A stretch of 64,000 nucleotides of DNA from Selaginella moellendorffii (taxonomy: Eukaryota; Plantae; Lycopodiophyta). A program made the position numbers and the translations under genes. The DNA lies in contig NW_003314267.1 of assembly GCF_000143415.4 (NCBI RefSeq), positions 3,848,446 to 3,912,445 of the forward strand, written 5' to 3'. Positions within the stretch are counted from its first letter, which is position 1. The number at the start of each line of letters is the position of its first letter. Shown piece after piece: positions 48,534 through 61,975 of the stretch. Below the pieces are notes generated by a model. It did not search any database. It was given only the letters and a program-made list of their open reading frames with translations, and had not been told where the DNA came from.

Positions 48534-49413
48534 TGACTTGCTTGTTACTCTTCTTTTATTTAAATTGAATGATTTTAGCTAACTACATTAAGATTTTTAT
48601 TCATTTCAAAGCTCAGAGGGTGCGTGGTGGCGATGGAATGCCTCTTGAAGAGAGGGATTTTCACATTCTTGGAGCTTGCAATTGCGGCACGCCTCGCTGC
48701 AATCCTTTCCCGGAGAATCATCCCGTCCTAGACAAGAAATTTGTGATATTTTATCCTCCAAGATTTTCAGGGATCCAGTGGCGAGGAGATAAAAGGATTT
48801 AACAGAACATTCTCACATGGCTGATGCACGGCTCCGGAGGCGGACAGTGAACGGGAGCATCACAATCAGGTGGCTCGGGAATGTGTTGTAACGCAACCTC
48901 TTGCTTCCAGCCAAGAATTGGTGGTTCCTTTTGTTGTGCGCTGCCTGCAAGTTTTCCAGAGAGAATCAATCAAGACAAAACCTGGAGGCATCACAAATTA
49001 TACTTAACTCCTTGTGGCACTTGGGCAGGACGTCGAGGAAAAGTGCTGGGCAGCACCATGGATAAGAATGAAAATACATGTGGCTGCGGAAGATTAGATC
49101 TTATTTGTGAGGACGGTGAGCTGTGCATTTCAAACTTAAACCCTAATCTAAAAGGTGATGGCAACGTGAAAGACTTTTCGAACCTAGAATATGCTAGTAT
49201 ATTTGGTCTGTGTTTATAAATCTTAAACTTGTTTACCTTTAAACGTATCAAGCCAAAAATTCATTCATTAAAAGAGAGGAGAGTGTCAGATTCTCTTGTC
49301 TGTAAAGACTTGCAGAAATGTAGGCTCATGAATCACCACCAATTGATTCATCTTAATCTTCAAAATATTGACTTTACATAATGGTTGTTATCCTCCAAGA
49401 AATCTTTCAAAGT

Positions 49414-50589
49414 TTAAGCAAAAGCCTTAAGCTGAGGATCCTGAAAGGCGACGAGGGTCGCGAGATGTGAGCCGGGGCTCGGGAATTCCACCACGAGATC
49501 CGCCAGCCTCTCGCTTGAGACCGATACCACGGAGCTTTTATCCCGATCCTCCTGGACCGGGATCGCCAGCTTCCAGTGCTCCACAAGCTCCTTACAGTTC
49601 ACGTTTTGCTCCGCCATGCAAGGCCAGGCGAGCATCGGCACACCCGCACAGATCCCCTCCACGGTCGAGTTCCACCCGCAGTGCGTCAGGAATCTGCGGG
49701 TGGAGCAAGACGTGCATTTGCGGAGGCCACGAGATCACGGTCCCGCGCTTGCCAATCCGCTGCTTCAATCCCTCGAAGAAATCGTGAACCGATGGATCCG
49801 CGACGAGCGTCTTGCGCAGCACAAGCACGAAGGGCTGGTTGCTGCGCTCCAGGCCCCTGGCGAGCTCCTGGAATTGCTCCGTGGACATGGTGGCCACGCT
49901 GCCGAAGGAGACGTAGATCACGGAGGATTCCTTCTGTGTGTCGAGCCACTCCAGGCACGCCAGATCCTCGGGAGACAGGTGCTCGCTCGATCGCTCCACC
50001 GCTGTCGATTCCCCCGCGAAGAATGCTGGGGAAGTAGCTGGATTTGACCTCACTGCGCAGCGTCGCCACTGCGTGGGGCTCCAGCTCCTCGTAGCTGTTG
50101 CACAGCGCGAATCTCGCCTCGGCGAACCGCGACGCGCCGTCGCAGAGCACGCCCAGGATTGGGTGCTCGTGGGCATCGGCGTGCAGGAGTTTCCTTAGAA
50201 CCCTAAAACCAGGGGAGGCACGAATCCTTTATAGATGTGATAAATGTCGTCGATTGCATTGGAGGTCCAGAGCCGAATTCGTAATTCTGGGTGAATCGGG
50301 TTCCCCCCTGGAACTTCCGGATAAGCTCTCACAGAGGATACCATGCCAGGCGGGGCTTCTCCAGGATCTCGCTGGGATCCCTCTTGGCGAGATCGCTGCT
50401 GTTGTTACCTGGATCCTCGACGATGCGGACGTTGCTCTTGGCGTCAGGCTCCGCGCGCGTCTGGTGCATGAGCTTGGATTGGATGCGTAGGTCACCGTGA
50501 AACGTCGTCGGCCGCGAGACGGCGCAGAAGTGCATCAGCGAGATTGGGAATGGGAACGCTAGGACATGAGGCTTCTTCGCAGCAGCCAT
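49414..50589 (-). pseudogene. UGT pseudogene (inverted copy of the 44837 / 58612 type)
   Basis: High identity to neighbouring UGTs but many frameshifting deletions, including one inside the PSPG box. Confidence 0.9.
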
Positions 50590-50644
50590 TTGCAGCGCTT
50601 TATCTTGGATTGGAAGCCAGGTAAGATATAGGCGGCTGGGGAGA

Positions 50645-51105
50645 TTTGGAAGGAACGAGATGGAGAGAGGGATAGATGTCGATGTTGAGGACCTTGAGTG
50701 ATGCCAGTTGAGAGATGGTGGGCACGCCATTCAAGCTTTTAGGGAGAGGCTTGTCAGCATGGGAACCATTTCCTGTGTTAAAGAAAGGAAGCCCCTCAAG
50801 GTGGTGATTGTCCTCAATAACCAATTCTTGCAAGTTCTCCATGCTGGAGGTTACTATAAAGTCACTTTGCACAAAGTATGTCACTTCCAAAGTTCTTAAC
50901 CTTGGAAATCTGCTCAATCTCAAAATCCCAAGGTCGGGCAAGCCCTGAAAGCTCTCACATGTTCCCCCCCAGTGACCTCGTATTTTCAAATACTTGCTGG
51001 TAGATCCACCACTCTGTATGAATAATCAACACCTCGAACTTTGTCAATGCCAGAAACATCCCACCAGATGGAGTCTTCCAAACGTCCTGTTTAAGCATTT
51101 CTTAC
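50645..51105 (-). pseudogene. LRR-like coding fragment inserted in the UGT pseudogene promoter
   Basis: LGILRLSRFPRLRTL, LQELVIEDNHHLEGLP, LASLKVLNIDIYPSL resemble NLR-type LRRs; absent from the paralogous promoters at about 44750 and 58555. Confidence 0.55.
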
Positions 51106-51682
51106 CAAAGTGGTGATTTGGAAATTATGCTTGAACAAGTGCTCAAATAGGACACCACACCATGGAATGCTCCTCGTGAGAGGCACTAAAGTGACTGAAG
51201 GCCAAGAAACTAGCCAGGCAATCTGGACCTTTTCCCCATCACCTAAACTAGAACCAGTCCTACAGCACCTTCACAAAGCTTTGCCAGATGATAACGTCCA
51301 AGCCAATCCGGGCTGGAAGATTTGTAAAGCTGATGAACGTCCTCAGTTGGCTTTGAAACGAGCAGCTGCTAGAAAAGTTGAGGGAGTCACTCTTGAAGTC
51401 TGGGCATGCATTAACCTTGAGAGGAGCTCTCAAGAAGGAACATTATAACAGTTGCAATATTGGATAATATATCTTGTTGTGGAAGAGAGTTGGATGATGT
51501 GGCTGGAGATGATGTTGGATCTTGGGTGGAGAGCTTGTCAAAGATGAGATGCCTGGAGCTCATATAGAAGTTGGAACTGGTGGACTGAAGAGTTTAATTT
51601 ATCATCATTTAGACTTCCTTTTTACTCTTTTAATCATGGAGAAACTTGGTGAGAAGACGAAAGAATTTTTTCTTTTAACTGA

Positions 51683-54600
51683 TGTGAGTGCATGGAATAT
51701 GAAAATGGGATATAGAAAATATGCATATCAATTAACCCAAAAACCCTAATTTATATATAGAAGCAAGTGGTCTAGATTGAAAAAAATCCAACAACTATCA
51801 AAATCCCACAATGCTAATATTAATATATAGCATTGTAGTTGTATATTTAAACCTCATATCATCCCCTCCTCTTGAAATGGTGGAAGATTATTAAGGTTCT
51901 CTCATGGATGGGCTAGGATCGGGAGGAACATTAGGAGGAGGTATTGGTGTATTTATAGGTGGTGCTAGCTGTTTCTTATCCCTTTGTATGAAGCATTTCA
52001 ATTGTTACACATACATAATTTTTGGAAGATCAGCTTGCTGAACGTTATGCCAAACTTTATAAACTTGTTGTCAACCTTGCCACAATACATGATACAGTCC
52101 TTTCCACTGAGCAAGCCTTAGGTAAACCACATACCATATAATTGGGAAAATGGACTAATACCAAATCATCTACTTTATACTCTATAGGTGGACAATGATG
52201 GAAGTTATAGTGCTATTGTTATCCCATTTGTATATAACCCAGGTCTTTGGCAAACTCTGTTTAGACAAGTGGAAGAATGCTTGTCAAATATTAATCCCAC
52301 AACTTAGCATCAGCAACTCGTAGCAATTGCAAAAGTAAACATAACTCTATTGGTAATATTGGATCATAACCATATAAAAGTTTATATGGTGAAGCACTAA
52401 GAACTTTACATCCTTATGACATATATATACCAAAGAGATGGCAAATAACCATCCCAATCCAAATGCTAAAAGTTTACATACTTTGTGATTCCCTTTGAAG
52501 ATCTAAATGAGTTGTTTCACTAAACTGTTTGATTGTGGATGCTAAGCACTTGTGAAAATGTGACATATCCCCAACCAAGACATTAAAACATGAAATGCCT
52601 CAATCATAAATATGGGACCATTATCTGAAAAAATCTGCTTTAGATAGGAATGCTAGAACACCACTTGATTAAGGAGGAAAAATCTAATTGCAATTGTAGA
52701 CACACTAGCAAAAGCACTAACTTCCATTTAGCAAATCAAGTAGTTAAAAGCAATAATAACATACTCATTGCTAATAGTTGATCATGAAAAAGGCCCCATC
52801 AAATCAAATGCCACAAACTCAAATGAATAAGAAATTGTAATTAACTCTAACCATCCTACAACATGAGGGAGAGTATTATGAGCTTAGCACCAAATATAGC
52901 TATATCGGATAATATCATATTGCATCTCTAGTTAATAAAAAGACCTGTGCAGCTTCTCAGTCACACAACGATGTCCCATATGCCCAACTAAAATAGGAGA
53001 ATCATAGTAAGCGTGGAGAAAGTGGAATAAAGATCAAAGGCACCACTAACCATAAATGATTATCAAGATTTATCCCCACAAAATAAAAAAGACCATCCTC
53101 AAGGAGATATTGAGAATGTAAATGTCGAAATAACAAGTTATCAATAAGTGATATAAAATTCTCAAACTCATCGTGTGTAAAGACCCCCAACAAGATCAAA
53201 ACTGGAAAATGCAAAAGAAAAAAAGAAAAGCTAGTGGAAACGAAGAAAAGGCCTTAGACTGGCATTGATTCAGATTGTGGAGAAATGGAACAAGTCTAAC
53301 CTATATATGCTATAAGTTGATGAAGCTCCACCACTCTTGGATCGAGGACAGCCTAAATATAGCTGAGGTCGAGGAGGCGCCACATCATCATCAAGAATGT
53401 GGCTCAAGACTCAGGAATCATATAGGAAATTAGAGAGTCAGGAATAGGGAAGTGTCTCGAGAGTTAGGAATGTGGTTTGCAGATCAGGAATCTAGCGAGA
53501 GTCAGGAATGTGGTCTGTAGGTCAGGAATCTAGTGAGAGTCAAGAATGTGGTAGGAATTGGGGGATTCCTGACATCATGAAGCCTTCAAATCCATGGCTC
53601 AATGAGAAGGTAAATCTTACTCTGCATCTTGTGAACACTGAATATCAAATACAACAATTGCTAATGGTATGGAATCCTTGTCTAAAAAATTCACAGATGT
53701 GGGAACAATAGGCTCATTAAAAACATGATAAAAGAGTGAAGAAGAAAAAGGAGTTTGAGAAAGGCTATCAGCATCAGCTATATAACTCTTTAGGTGATGA
53801 ACAACATCAAAATCATATATCTTAAGATTCAAAACCCACTAAATAGTATGACCAACCAAGTTCTTCCACTTTAATAATGAAATAACTATAACATGATCAC
53901 CTTCTGATAATATCCAAGAACCATGTAGATATGCATAAAGTTTCTTGAAACCCCAAATTGTTGCTAAACACTCTGCTATCATGGAGTAGTTTCACTTCCA
54001 CTGGTTGTAATATATAGTTAATATATGCAATGGGATGGCATTGATCATATACACTTTCTTGCATTAACACACCTCCAAGACTGATATCAAAAGTATCCAT
54101 GTGCAAAATGAAAGGTTAAGTATAGTCCGGATATATCAAAATTGGAGGAGTTGTCAATAGCTCTTTGAGATCCATAAATGCCTACTCACAGTCTATAAAT
54201 CAGATGAAAGATGATGTTAACAACTTTAGCAATGCTTGTAATAGTGCAATGTGATAAAAAAGATGATCAACAAAATGATCGAGGTACTGCACTTTGCTTA
54301 GGAAGCATTACACATCATTCACACACTTTAGAGTAAAGAACTTTAAAATAACCATAAGTTTGTCAAGATCAATTTGCAAACCCTCACAAGAAATATGGTA
54401 TTTAAAATAAGTCACTTCGACCGCTTTAACTTTAATTTAAACCAACTTTCTGTAACCAATCCAACATCTTACAAACATCACAAATGTGTTCTTCCTACGT
54501 CCCCTTCAAATAGATCAAGACATCATCAATGAAGTTAGCAGTCACCTCCTACATATCATAAAGAACCTCGGCCATCATCTACTAGAAAATTGTTGGAGCA

Positions 54601-56905
54601 TTGTTCAAACCAAACAGCATCACTAAAAATTTGTACAAACCAAATAGTGTACAAAAAGTAATTGTAAGAATATCCTCTTTGGCCATCGGTACTTGCTAGT
54701 AACCAGAAGCAATATCTAACTTAGTGAACTAACAATTTCTCCCCAGATGATCCAAGAAATTAGTAATGTGAGGAAGAGGGTACATATTTAGGATTGTTAC
54801 TTCATTTAATGAATGATAATTGATATAGAAATAAATACTCCTATCAAGTTTTATTATAAAATAAGGTTCACATGCCCAAGAACTCTGTGACTTTCAAATA
54901 ACACCCTTTTCCAATATCTCCTAAAAATTTACATATAAAATATTAATTTCTTTGGGTGACCGATGACAAACAAAAACCTTGATTGGCAAGCATCCTTAGT
55001 TAGAATAAAATGACATGTTGCAATCTTAACCATAGACGATAGGTCAAACTCAAAAAGATTAATATATTCCTTTATGAGCCAATCAACCGTAGCAACACAA
55101 GAACTGTCAAAGGGATCACAAAAGGGAAGAGAGGAGTAAGAGGGAACATAAAAAAAAGTAATAGGGAAAAAAAGTGATAAAAACAAAGGTTAAAATAAAG
55201 AGATGAAGAAGAATAATAGTGAGAGAAATGGAAGAAATATAAAGAAATATAAAACAAAGGGAAAAAACCTCAAAGTCACACTTAACATGAGTGCGCTGCA
55301 ACCAATCCATACAAAGGATAATGTCAAAAGCTTGACTCAAAACCACCCACAATAACTGTAACTCAAGTTTGAAACCACCTATATGCACAATCAGGTCTAC
55401 TTCATCCCATGCACATGCATATGTATGCCCGTTGCCATAAAAAATGAAAACTAACTCTGCCACACTACGCAAATGTAGACACTAATATGTCGCAACAAGC
55501 CGAGCAATAGAAGATAAACTCAAGTTTGTATCAACTAACACAAAGAGAATAATAGGAAATCTTTTGTTAAAACATTAGATGAACTGATACCAAGTGAACC
55601 CCTTAATAATACTCTCGAAACAAAAATGAAAGGGTCACTAACTTATTCGTGCAAGGTCCCTCCGCTGCTCACGTGACTTCTCATTTCTGAAAGCATCTCA
55701 GTGTCCAGACCTTCTACTACAACAACACCAATAAGACATTGTTGATACCAAGGTTTTCACCTAAGAAATTGAGGTCACCAATCTAAAAAATGCTAATAAT
55801 ACTGATAAGTATGACCAACTTCATTATATACCTAGCAATGGACATCATAACCATAACCACGTCCTTGCCCTTATCCTTGAACTCAGGTAGCAACAACATC
55901 AACCTTCATTGGAACAAAACCATCTCCCATAGGAAGTGAAGATGAAGGATATGCAATGAGAAGTGGAAGAGGTGACATCTCATAACATTGCGCCCAAACG
56001 AAGAACATCATTAAGGGTGGCTAAAGCAAATGCATGCATAAGTCCTACAAGATCTTGACGAAATGCTAGCCACAACATTCCCAACTTGATCTGCTCTGAT
56101 ATATTTAACTCCATACAATACAAGAGGCTACGGAAATGAATGCTAAACTGCATCACGAACTCATACAGCCTTTGACAAGACAATGCAATTGTTGAAAGGC
56201 ATCATCACAATTATTAGTATGTTCAAATGCACGTTTGAAGACATTTGAGAAAATACTCCAATCCTCACAAGTGGTTGTGCTCAAACTATTGTACTGTTGT
56301 AGCGTCGTCCTTTGGAGACACATGGGAAATTCACGCAAATGCTGAACATCATTCCAAGATTGATATGTGGCAGTCACTGTGAAATGATCAAACTAATGAT
56401 ACACATTATCTATAGGATTCCGACATAAGAACTTCAGCCGGACTCGAGAATTAACAGCAAGAGCAAGAGGAGTTGTACCACGCGTTGTGAATGCCACCAT
56501 CAACTAAGTCTGATTATTCAATTGCAACTACATAGCATTGAGCAATTGCATCCTCCTCCTTTGACTTTAGAGTAGCAATTAATGCTGCTAAAATGAACGA
56601 AAAGGAAAAAATCAAAAGAGAAGAAATTGAAAAAGCTATAAAGAAAGAGAGATCTAAATAATGAAAAAGCTAGATTTACAACAAAATCCCAAATTCAAGC
56701 ACTTCTTAGAGACAATCAAAGCTGCCCCTCATCTCCACCAATGTGAATGTATGGAATATAGAAATGGGATATAGAAAATTTGCATATTAAGTATAGGTTA
56801 TATACAAGAGTTAGTGGTCCAGATTGAAATTAATCCAACAACTACCAAAATTCCACTATGTTAATATTAATATACAGTGTTGTAGTTATATATTTAGACC
56901 TCACA
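51683..56905 (-). mobile_element. Old Ty3/Gypsy LTR retrotransposon, heavily mutated
   Basis: Diverged LTRs at about 51683-51858 and 56742-56905. PBS TGGTGGAGATG on minus. PPT near 51860. Remnants of protease (LVDT), RT (KLDIASGY, FGLNNAP, FIDDVLIY), RNase H (LHMDT...LGGVL), then integrase. Confidence 0.85.
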
Positions 56906-57216
56906 CTAACTATTAAGCAAAATGTTATATTATAATCAATAAATAATTTGCTAGGCTTGATTTTGCTTATTCCTATTTTATTAATATTATTAATCAATAG
57001 AATTTTTTAATTATAAACATGTTTATCAACCATTAGAATAAACTAGAATATACTAAGAAGTGTTTAGGAAATTTTATAAATTATAAACATGTTTATAAGT
57101 TATAAATACAAATTTAATCTAAATAATTAACAACAGTTAAATGGTAGAATATTCAAGAATATTCAAATATATTCCACTCTAAAAATAATTTCTTTCTAAA
57201 CTAAAACGTTGAGCCA

Positions 57217-57720
57217 ATATGTTTTAATTTAATGTGCTTAGCAATCACCAAGGAAGGGAGGGCTAACGAGCTTCTTGTCATTCAATCCTCTTCTCTCGCA
57301 GGCAATATACACCCTTTGCCTTGGCAAAAGCAGCGAGATACTATCCTCTTGCGGAGACTGGTACAATTTCCGCATTGATTTAGCAGGAGAGCAGCGACAC
57401 GGCATGGCGCTTCGTGATACCAGTCGCAATCCTGCACAGGGCCAAGTGGTCGGGTGCGTGTAAGTTCTAGATCTTTCTTGCCTTTGCAATTCTTTTTTGA
57501 GCAATGGCTTGTTGCGGGAACTTCTCCAACACTTATGGGTGCATTCCTGAGCAGATTCCTGAGCCATTGCAGGTGGATTCGATCCGGGAGAGCATGAGCA
57601 GGCAGGTGCTGGGGTGGCCAATCGTGAGCGGGGGATGGAGCTGGTGGACAGATCGTGGTGAGGGATGGCGAGGGAGGAGTTGAGGAGGAAACTTGGGCGC
57701 TTGGGAACTGGGGCCATGTC
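57217..57720. repeat. Dispersed repeat, copy B (similar to 47925-48376)
   Basis: Shared ORF-like text (PKRPS...DSISLLLPRQRV). Confidence 0.7.
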
Positions 57721-58611
57721 GACCAAAGGTTAAGAATTCTTTGGTAGGAAAGAAGACGAAAGTTTAGCGGTAAATTACATTTTTAATTATAATATAACCT
57801 TTTCTTTAGTAAGTTAATATTGTTCTTGAGAGTCCAACCCAAAGGATGCCAAGATTCCCGGGCTGCGGGAAATCCTTCATGGCATGAAGAGCAACGAGTA
57901 GAGTCTTCTCTATTATGTGCGAATCTTGACGCGGGATTTCATGTAACCCTCCGCAGCGTCTATTTGTTTCCATCCACACGAAGGAGCGCTGTGCTCGCCA
58001 CATCGCCTTTGATGAAAGAATTTATAAGCTTGGGTTCATCGACCAGTAGCAAGGCTTCTGATCCGATTTCAAAGTCGTTTGAAGCCATGACCACCTCGCA
58101 AAACCTACGCTCTCGGAATTCCATCCTTCAAAACCATCTGTCTTTCAGCATCTTATGATCGGCACTTGAGGAACAAAACCCGCATGCGCAGCGGCCACGT
58201 CTTGCAGTTTGTGAAGATCTCTACAAGTTATTTCCGCCTCCATTCCGCTCGAGCAGCTTTACAGGGCGAGCAAGCTAAGAAGTCAGTGTTAAGAGCACTA
58301 ATCTTTCTGCAAGAACACTTCAAGTAGCCTTTCTTCCTCTTTTCGCTTGTCACCTGCTGCAGTAAAGCGCCCATCAACGAATCCAGCACCTCCGGAATGG
58401 GGAGCACCAACTTTTATTTCGTGCTGTAGAGCAAAGGATCAGATTGCCTGGTCAATTCCGGTCTACTTTCTTGTACTTTCGTGCCTCTCACGACCTTTCT
58501 GTAGTGTTCTAATTGGGCACTTATTCGAGCATAATTTCGAAATCACTACTTCGGTACTCCCCAGCCGCCTATATCTTATCTGGCTTCCAATCCAACGTCA
58601 AAGCGCTGCGA

Positions 58612-60111
58612 ATGGCGGGTGCTAGCAAGAAGCCTCATGTTCTAGCGTTCCCACTCCCAGCCCCGGGCCACATGAACTCACTGATGCACTTCTGCCGCCG
58701 TCTCGCGGCCTGCGATGTCACCATCACCTACGCCTCCAATCCGAGCAACATGAAGCTCATGTACCAGACGCGCGATCTGATTGCAGACCCCCACGCCAAG
58801 AGCAACGTCCGCATCGTCGAGGTCTCGGACGATCCAGGTAACAGCAGCAACGATCTCGCCAAGGGGGATCCCAGCGAGCTCGTGGAGAAGATCCGCCTGG
58901 CAGTGCGGGCCATGGCAGCCTCTGTGCGAGAGCTTATCCGGAAGTTCCAGGAGGAAGGGAATCCCGTTTGTTGCATGATCACAGACACCTTCAACGGATT
59001 CACCCAGGATCTGGCGGACGAATTCGGCATCCCCAGGGCGGCGTTCTGGACCTCCAATGCGATCAGCGACATCTATCACCTCTTCCTGCCGGAGCTCATG
59101 TCCAAAGGATTCGTGCCAGTCACGAGTAAGTTCTCCCTCCCCTGTTTTTAGGGTTCTAAGGAAACTCTTCTTCTTCCAGCCAGGAAAACGGACGAGCTCA
59201 TCACATTCCTCCCCGGATGCCCGCCGATGCCCGCCACGGATCTGCCGCTCTCCTTCTACTACGACCACCCAATCCTGGGCGCGATCTGCGACGGCGCGTC
59301 GCGGTTCGCGGAGGCGAGATTCGCGCTGTGCAACACCTACGAGGAGCTGGAGCCCCACGCAGTGGCGACGCTGCGCAGCGAGGTCAAATCCAGCTACTTC
59401 CCCATCGGCCCGTGCCTGTCCCCCGCATTCTTCGCGGGGGACTCGACAGCGGTGGAGCGATCCAGCGAGCACCTGTCTCCCGAGGATCTGGCGTGCCTGG
59501 AGTGGCTTGACACACAGAAGGAATCCTCCGTGATCTACGTCTCCTTCGGCAGCGTGGCCACCATGTCCGTGGAGCAATTCCAGGAGCTCGCCAGGGGCCT
59601 GGAGCGCAGCAACCAGCCATTCGTACTGGTGCTGCGCAAGACCCTGGTCGCGGATCCATCGGTTAACGATTTCTTCGAGTGATTGAAGCAGCGGATCGGC
59701 GAGCGCGGGATCGTGATCTCGTGGGCGCCGCAAATGCACGTCTTGCTCCACCCGGCGGTGGGAGGATTCCTGACGCACTGCGGATGGAACTCGACCGTGG
59801 AGGGGATCTGCGCGGGCGTGCCGATGCTCGCCTGGCCTTGCATGGCGGAGCAAAACGTGAACTGCAAGGAGCTTGTGGAGCACTGGAAGCTGGCGATCCC
59901 GGTCCAGGATGATCGGGATAAAAGCTCCGTGATCTCGGTCTCGAGCGAGAGGCTGGCGGATCTAGTGGCGAGGCTGATGAGAGGCGACGAGGGTCGCGAG
60001 ATGCGAGCCCGGGCTCGGGGATTCCGCAAGGTTACTGCGGCTGCCATAGCCGAGGGAGGATCCTCGGACAGGAACCTCAAGGCCTTCGCCCAAGCTCTGA
60101 GAGATCTGTGA
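58612..60111 (+). pseudogene. UGT paralog with a single premature stop (TGA at 59680-59682)
   Basis: Near-identical to 44837-46349; GGA(Gly) is TGA just before the PSPG box; the rest of the frame is intact. Confidence 0.85.
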
Positions 60112-61975
60112 TCTCTTGGACGCGACAATTAGAATCGATCAATGGGTCAGTGAGATTGGAAGTTTTAATAAGCCAATTTGTGCTGCCTCTATGCGGTCTT
60201 TCACTCCCTCTTTTCCATGTGTTTTTTAGATGGAGAGCATAACTTAAGTACTTGGACATGTTTTTGGAACAGATTCTTGGGGTTGGGTTTCAAAAACCAT
60301 GTTGCCAATGCACAAAACTGTGCCAGAGTGTCAAACTGTGGTTGCACAGTGGTGGTATTTGAGCTAGCAATAGCAAATAGAAGAAGAAAGAGATACATTC
60401 CCAATAAAGATAGTTCCTCCCCTTGTCCAGCGCCCCAATATAGCATTGTTGCGCTCCAATCTTTGAGGCTCCAAAGATTTAAGGCTACAACATGTTCCTG
60501 ACGCCCTTGCTATGGGGTTTCTTGTGGTTCTTGTGGCCAGCTGGGAAATTCAATAGCCCCAAAAGTTTTGTGAGTATCTAAGAGTGAGTTTAACAGCAAC
60601 ATGTCTTTTCCCGCTTGGCTCTGTTGCCCAAGGCTTCTGCAGGTTGTGCCTGCGCCCCTGCATGCGGGCAAGATCAATGCTCAAGGCCTGACTGGATGAC
60701 ACTTCTGCAATTTCCAAGTCCAGCTGTTGGATCAGTCTCAATGAGTTCGATAGTTTGCCCCTGCCTTGGGTGGCAGAAGGTCAAAGCATACAAGATTTCT
60801 TGATCCTTGTTGGAAACAATCACTGCCACCAGGGGTGAGGCGCTTCTAGCTCTAAGAGTTGCTTGATCAACAATTGGCAAGGGATCATATCAAATGTTCC
60901 ACAAATCCAAGTAGCAATGTCTTGTTTCATCCCAACCTTGTACGTTCCATAAGGATGCACAAAGTGACAAGGTCGTCCAAGCAAGATCACTGTTTTCGAA
61001 ACCCATTGGCCTCAAGTGTGTATGTTGTGTTCAGATATATGCTCTCTATGACATGAGCTGAGGTGGCAGTAGTGCCACCTCACTGCATGTCTTCGACTGT
61101 CATAGAGTCATCCTTGTCCATCGTGTTTTCTTCTTCCCAGGTGGAGATTTCCTTTTCAATTTGCTTAGCAAGTAACTGGACAAACCAGTGTGCATGTAGA
61201 TTTCCTTGAAGGGCCGATTGTGCAGGGGCTCATGGAGAAAGAGTTTTCGAGATTATTCCAGAAGCCTGTGACGAAGAGGCTTTTGTGTTTAAAAGTGTTT
61301 AATAGTGATCTTTATTTCTTGAGTTTATTACTGTCCTTGGCATGTCCTTGTGAGGCATATGTATTTTTCCAAACGCACCAGCTACTTTTTTCACAAAACA
61401 GCTCTTAGGAACTTAGTACCTTAAGAACTGCCTCAACTCCTCTGGATGCCCACAAGACCATAACTTCCTGGTTGCATACTTCTCAAGCCTGACAACACCT
61501 GCTTGCAAGCTGGGATCTTTGGCTATGGTGGAGAGTATTCTACTGGATCTGGCATCGCACTTCTCACCAACACCAGTGCGAGCGTTGTCAATGGTGTCGT
61601 TTACAAGCTTGTCCTTCTCTTTCACTGATCTCACGGTTCCTCAGACAGCCTCAAGGCAGCTCCTCAAGGTCTACTACATCCCAGCATCGATCCCAAGACT
61701 GCCTTCCGGGAAAACATTCTACCTTTCTTATTTGACTCGTAGGGATTCAAACTTGGCCTGCTAATGGACAAACGTGAAAGAAACACGAGGAAAAGACACA
61801 GGCCCAAAGTTTGTCACTGACAAGTAGCGATTAATTCAGAAATCACATTTAATACAACCTACCAGCCGTGTGTCCAAAACGTTCGGACCAAGGCGTGCGA
61901 CGCGGGAACTGTTCCCTTGCGTTGACCATGCCACTCTCAAAAGATCGATCGCTTCTGATCAAGAGCAACACGACC

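Larger units (their letters stand above)
44607..51227. repeat. Large imperfect inverted duplication (arms about 44607-47054 and 48584-51227)
   Basis: Promoter, UGT body and 0.7 kb of 3' flank recur in reverse complement, for example 46371-46470 vs 49283-49390 and 47010-47054 vs 48584-48628. Confidence 0.85.

Noticed and set aside
57790-58430. Coding-like minus-strand text upstream of the third UGT
   Set aside because: Broken by stops; no family recognised
58678-59883. 401-aa and 262-aa antisense ORFs over the UGT copies (also 45330-46118)
   Set aside because: Antisense shadows; the similarity between them just reflects UGT duplication
60180-61760. Fragmented minus-strand ORFs between UGT and PLAC8
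   Set aside because: Probably a decayed gene or TE, but no diagnostic motif or termini found
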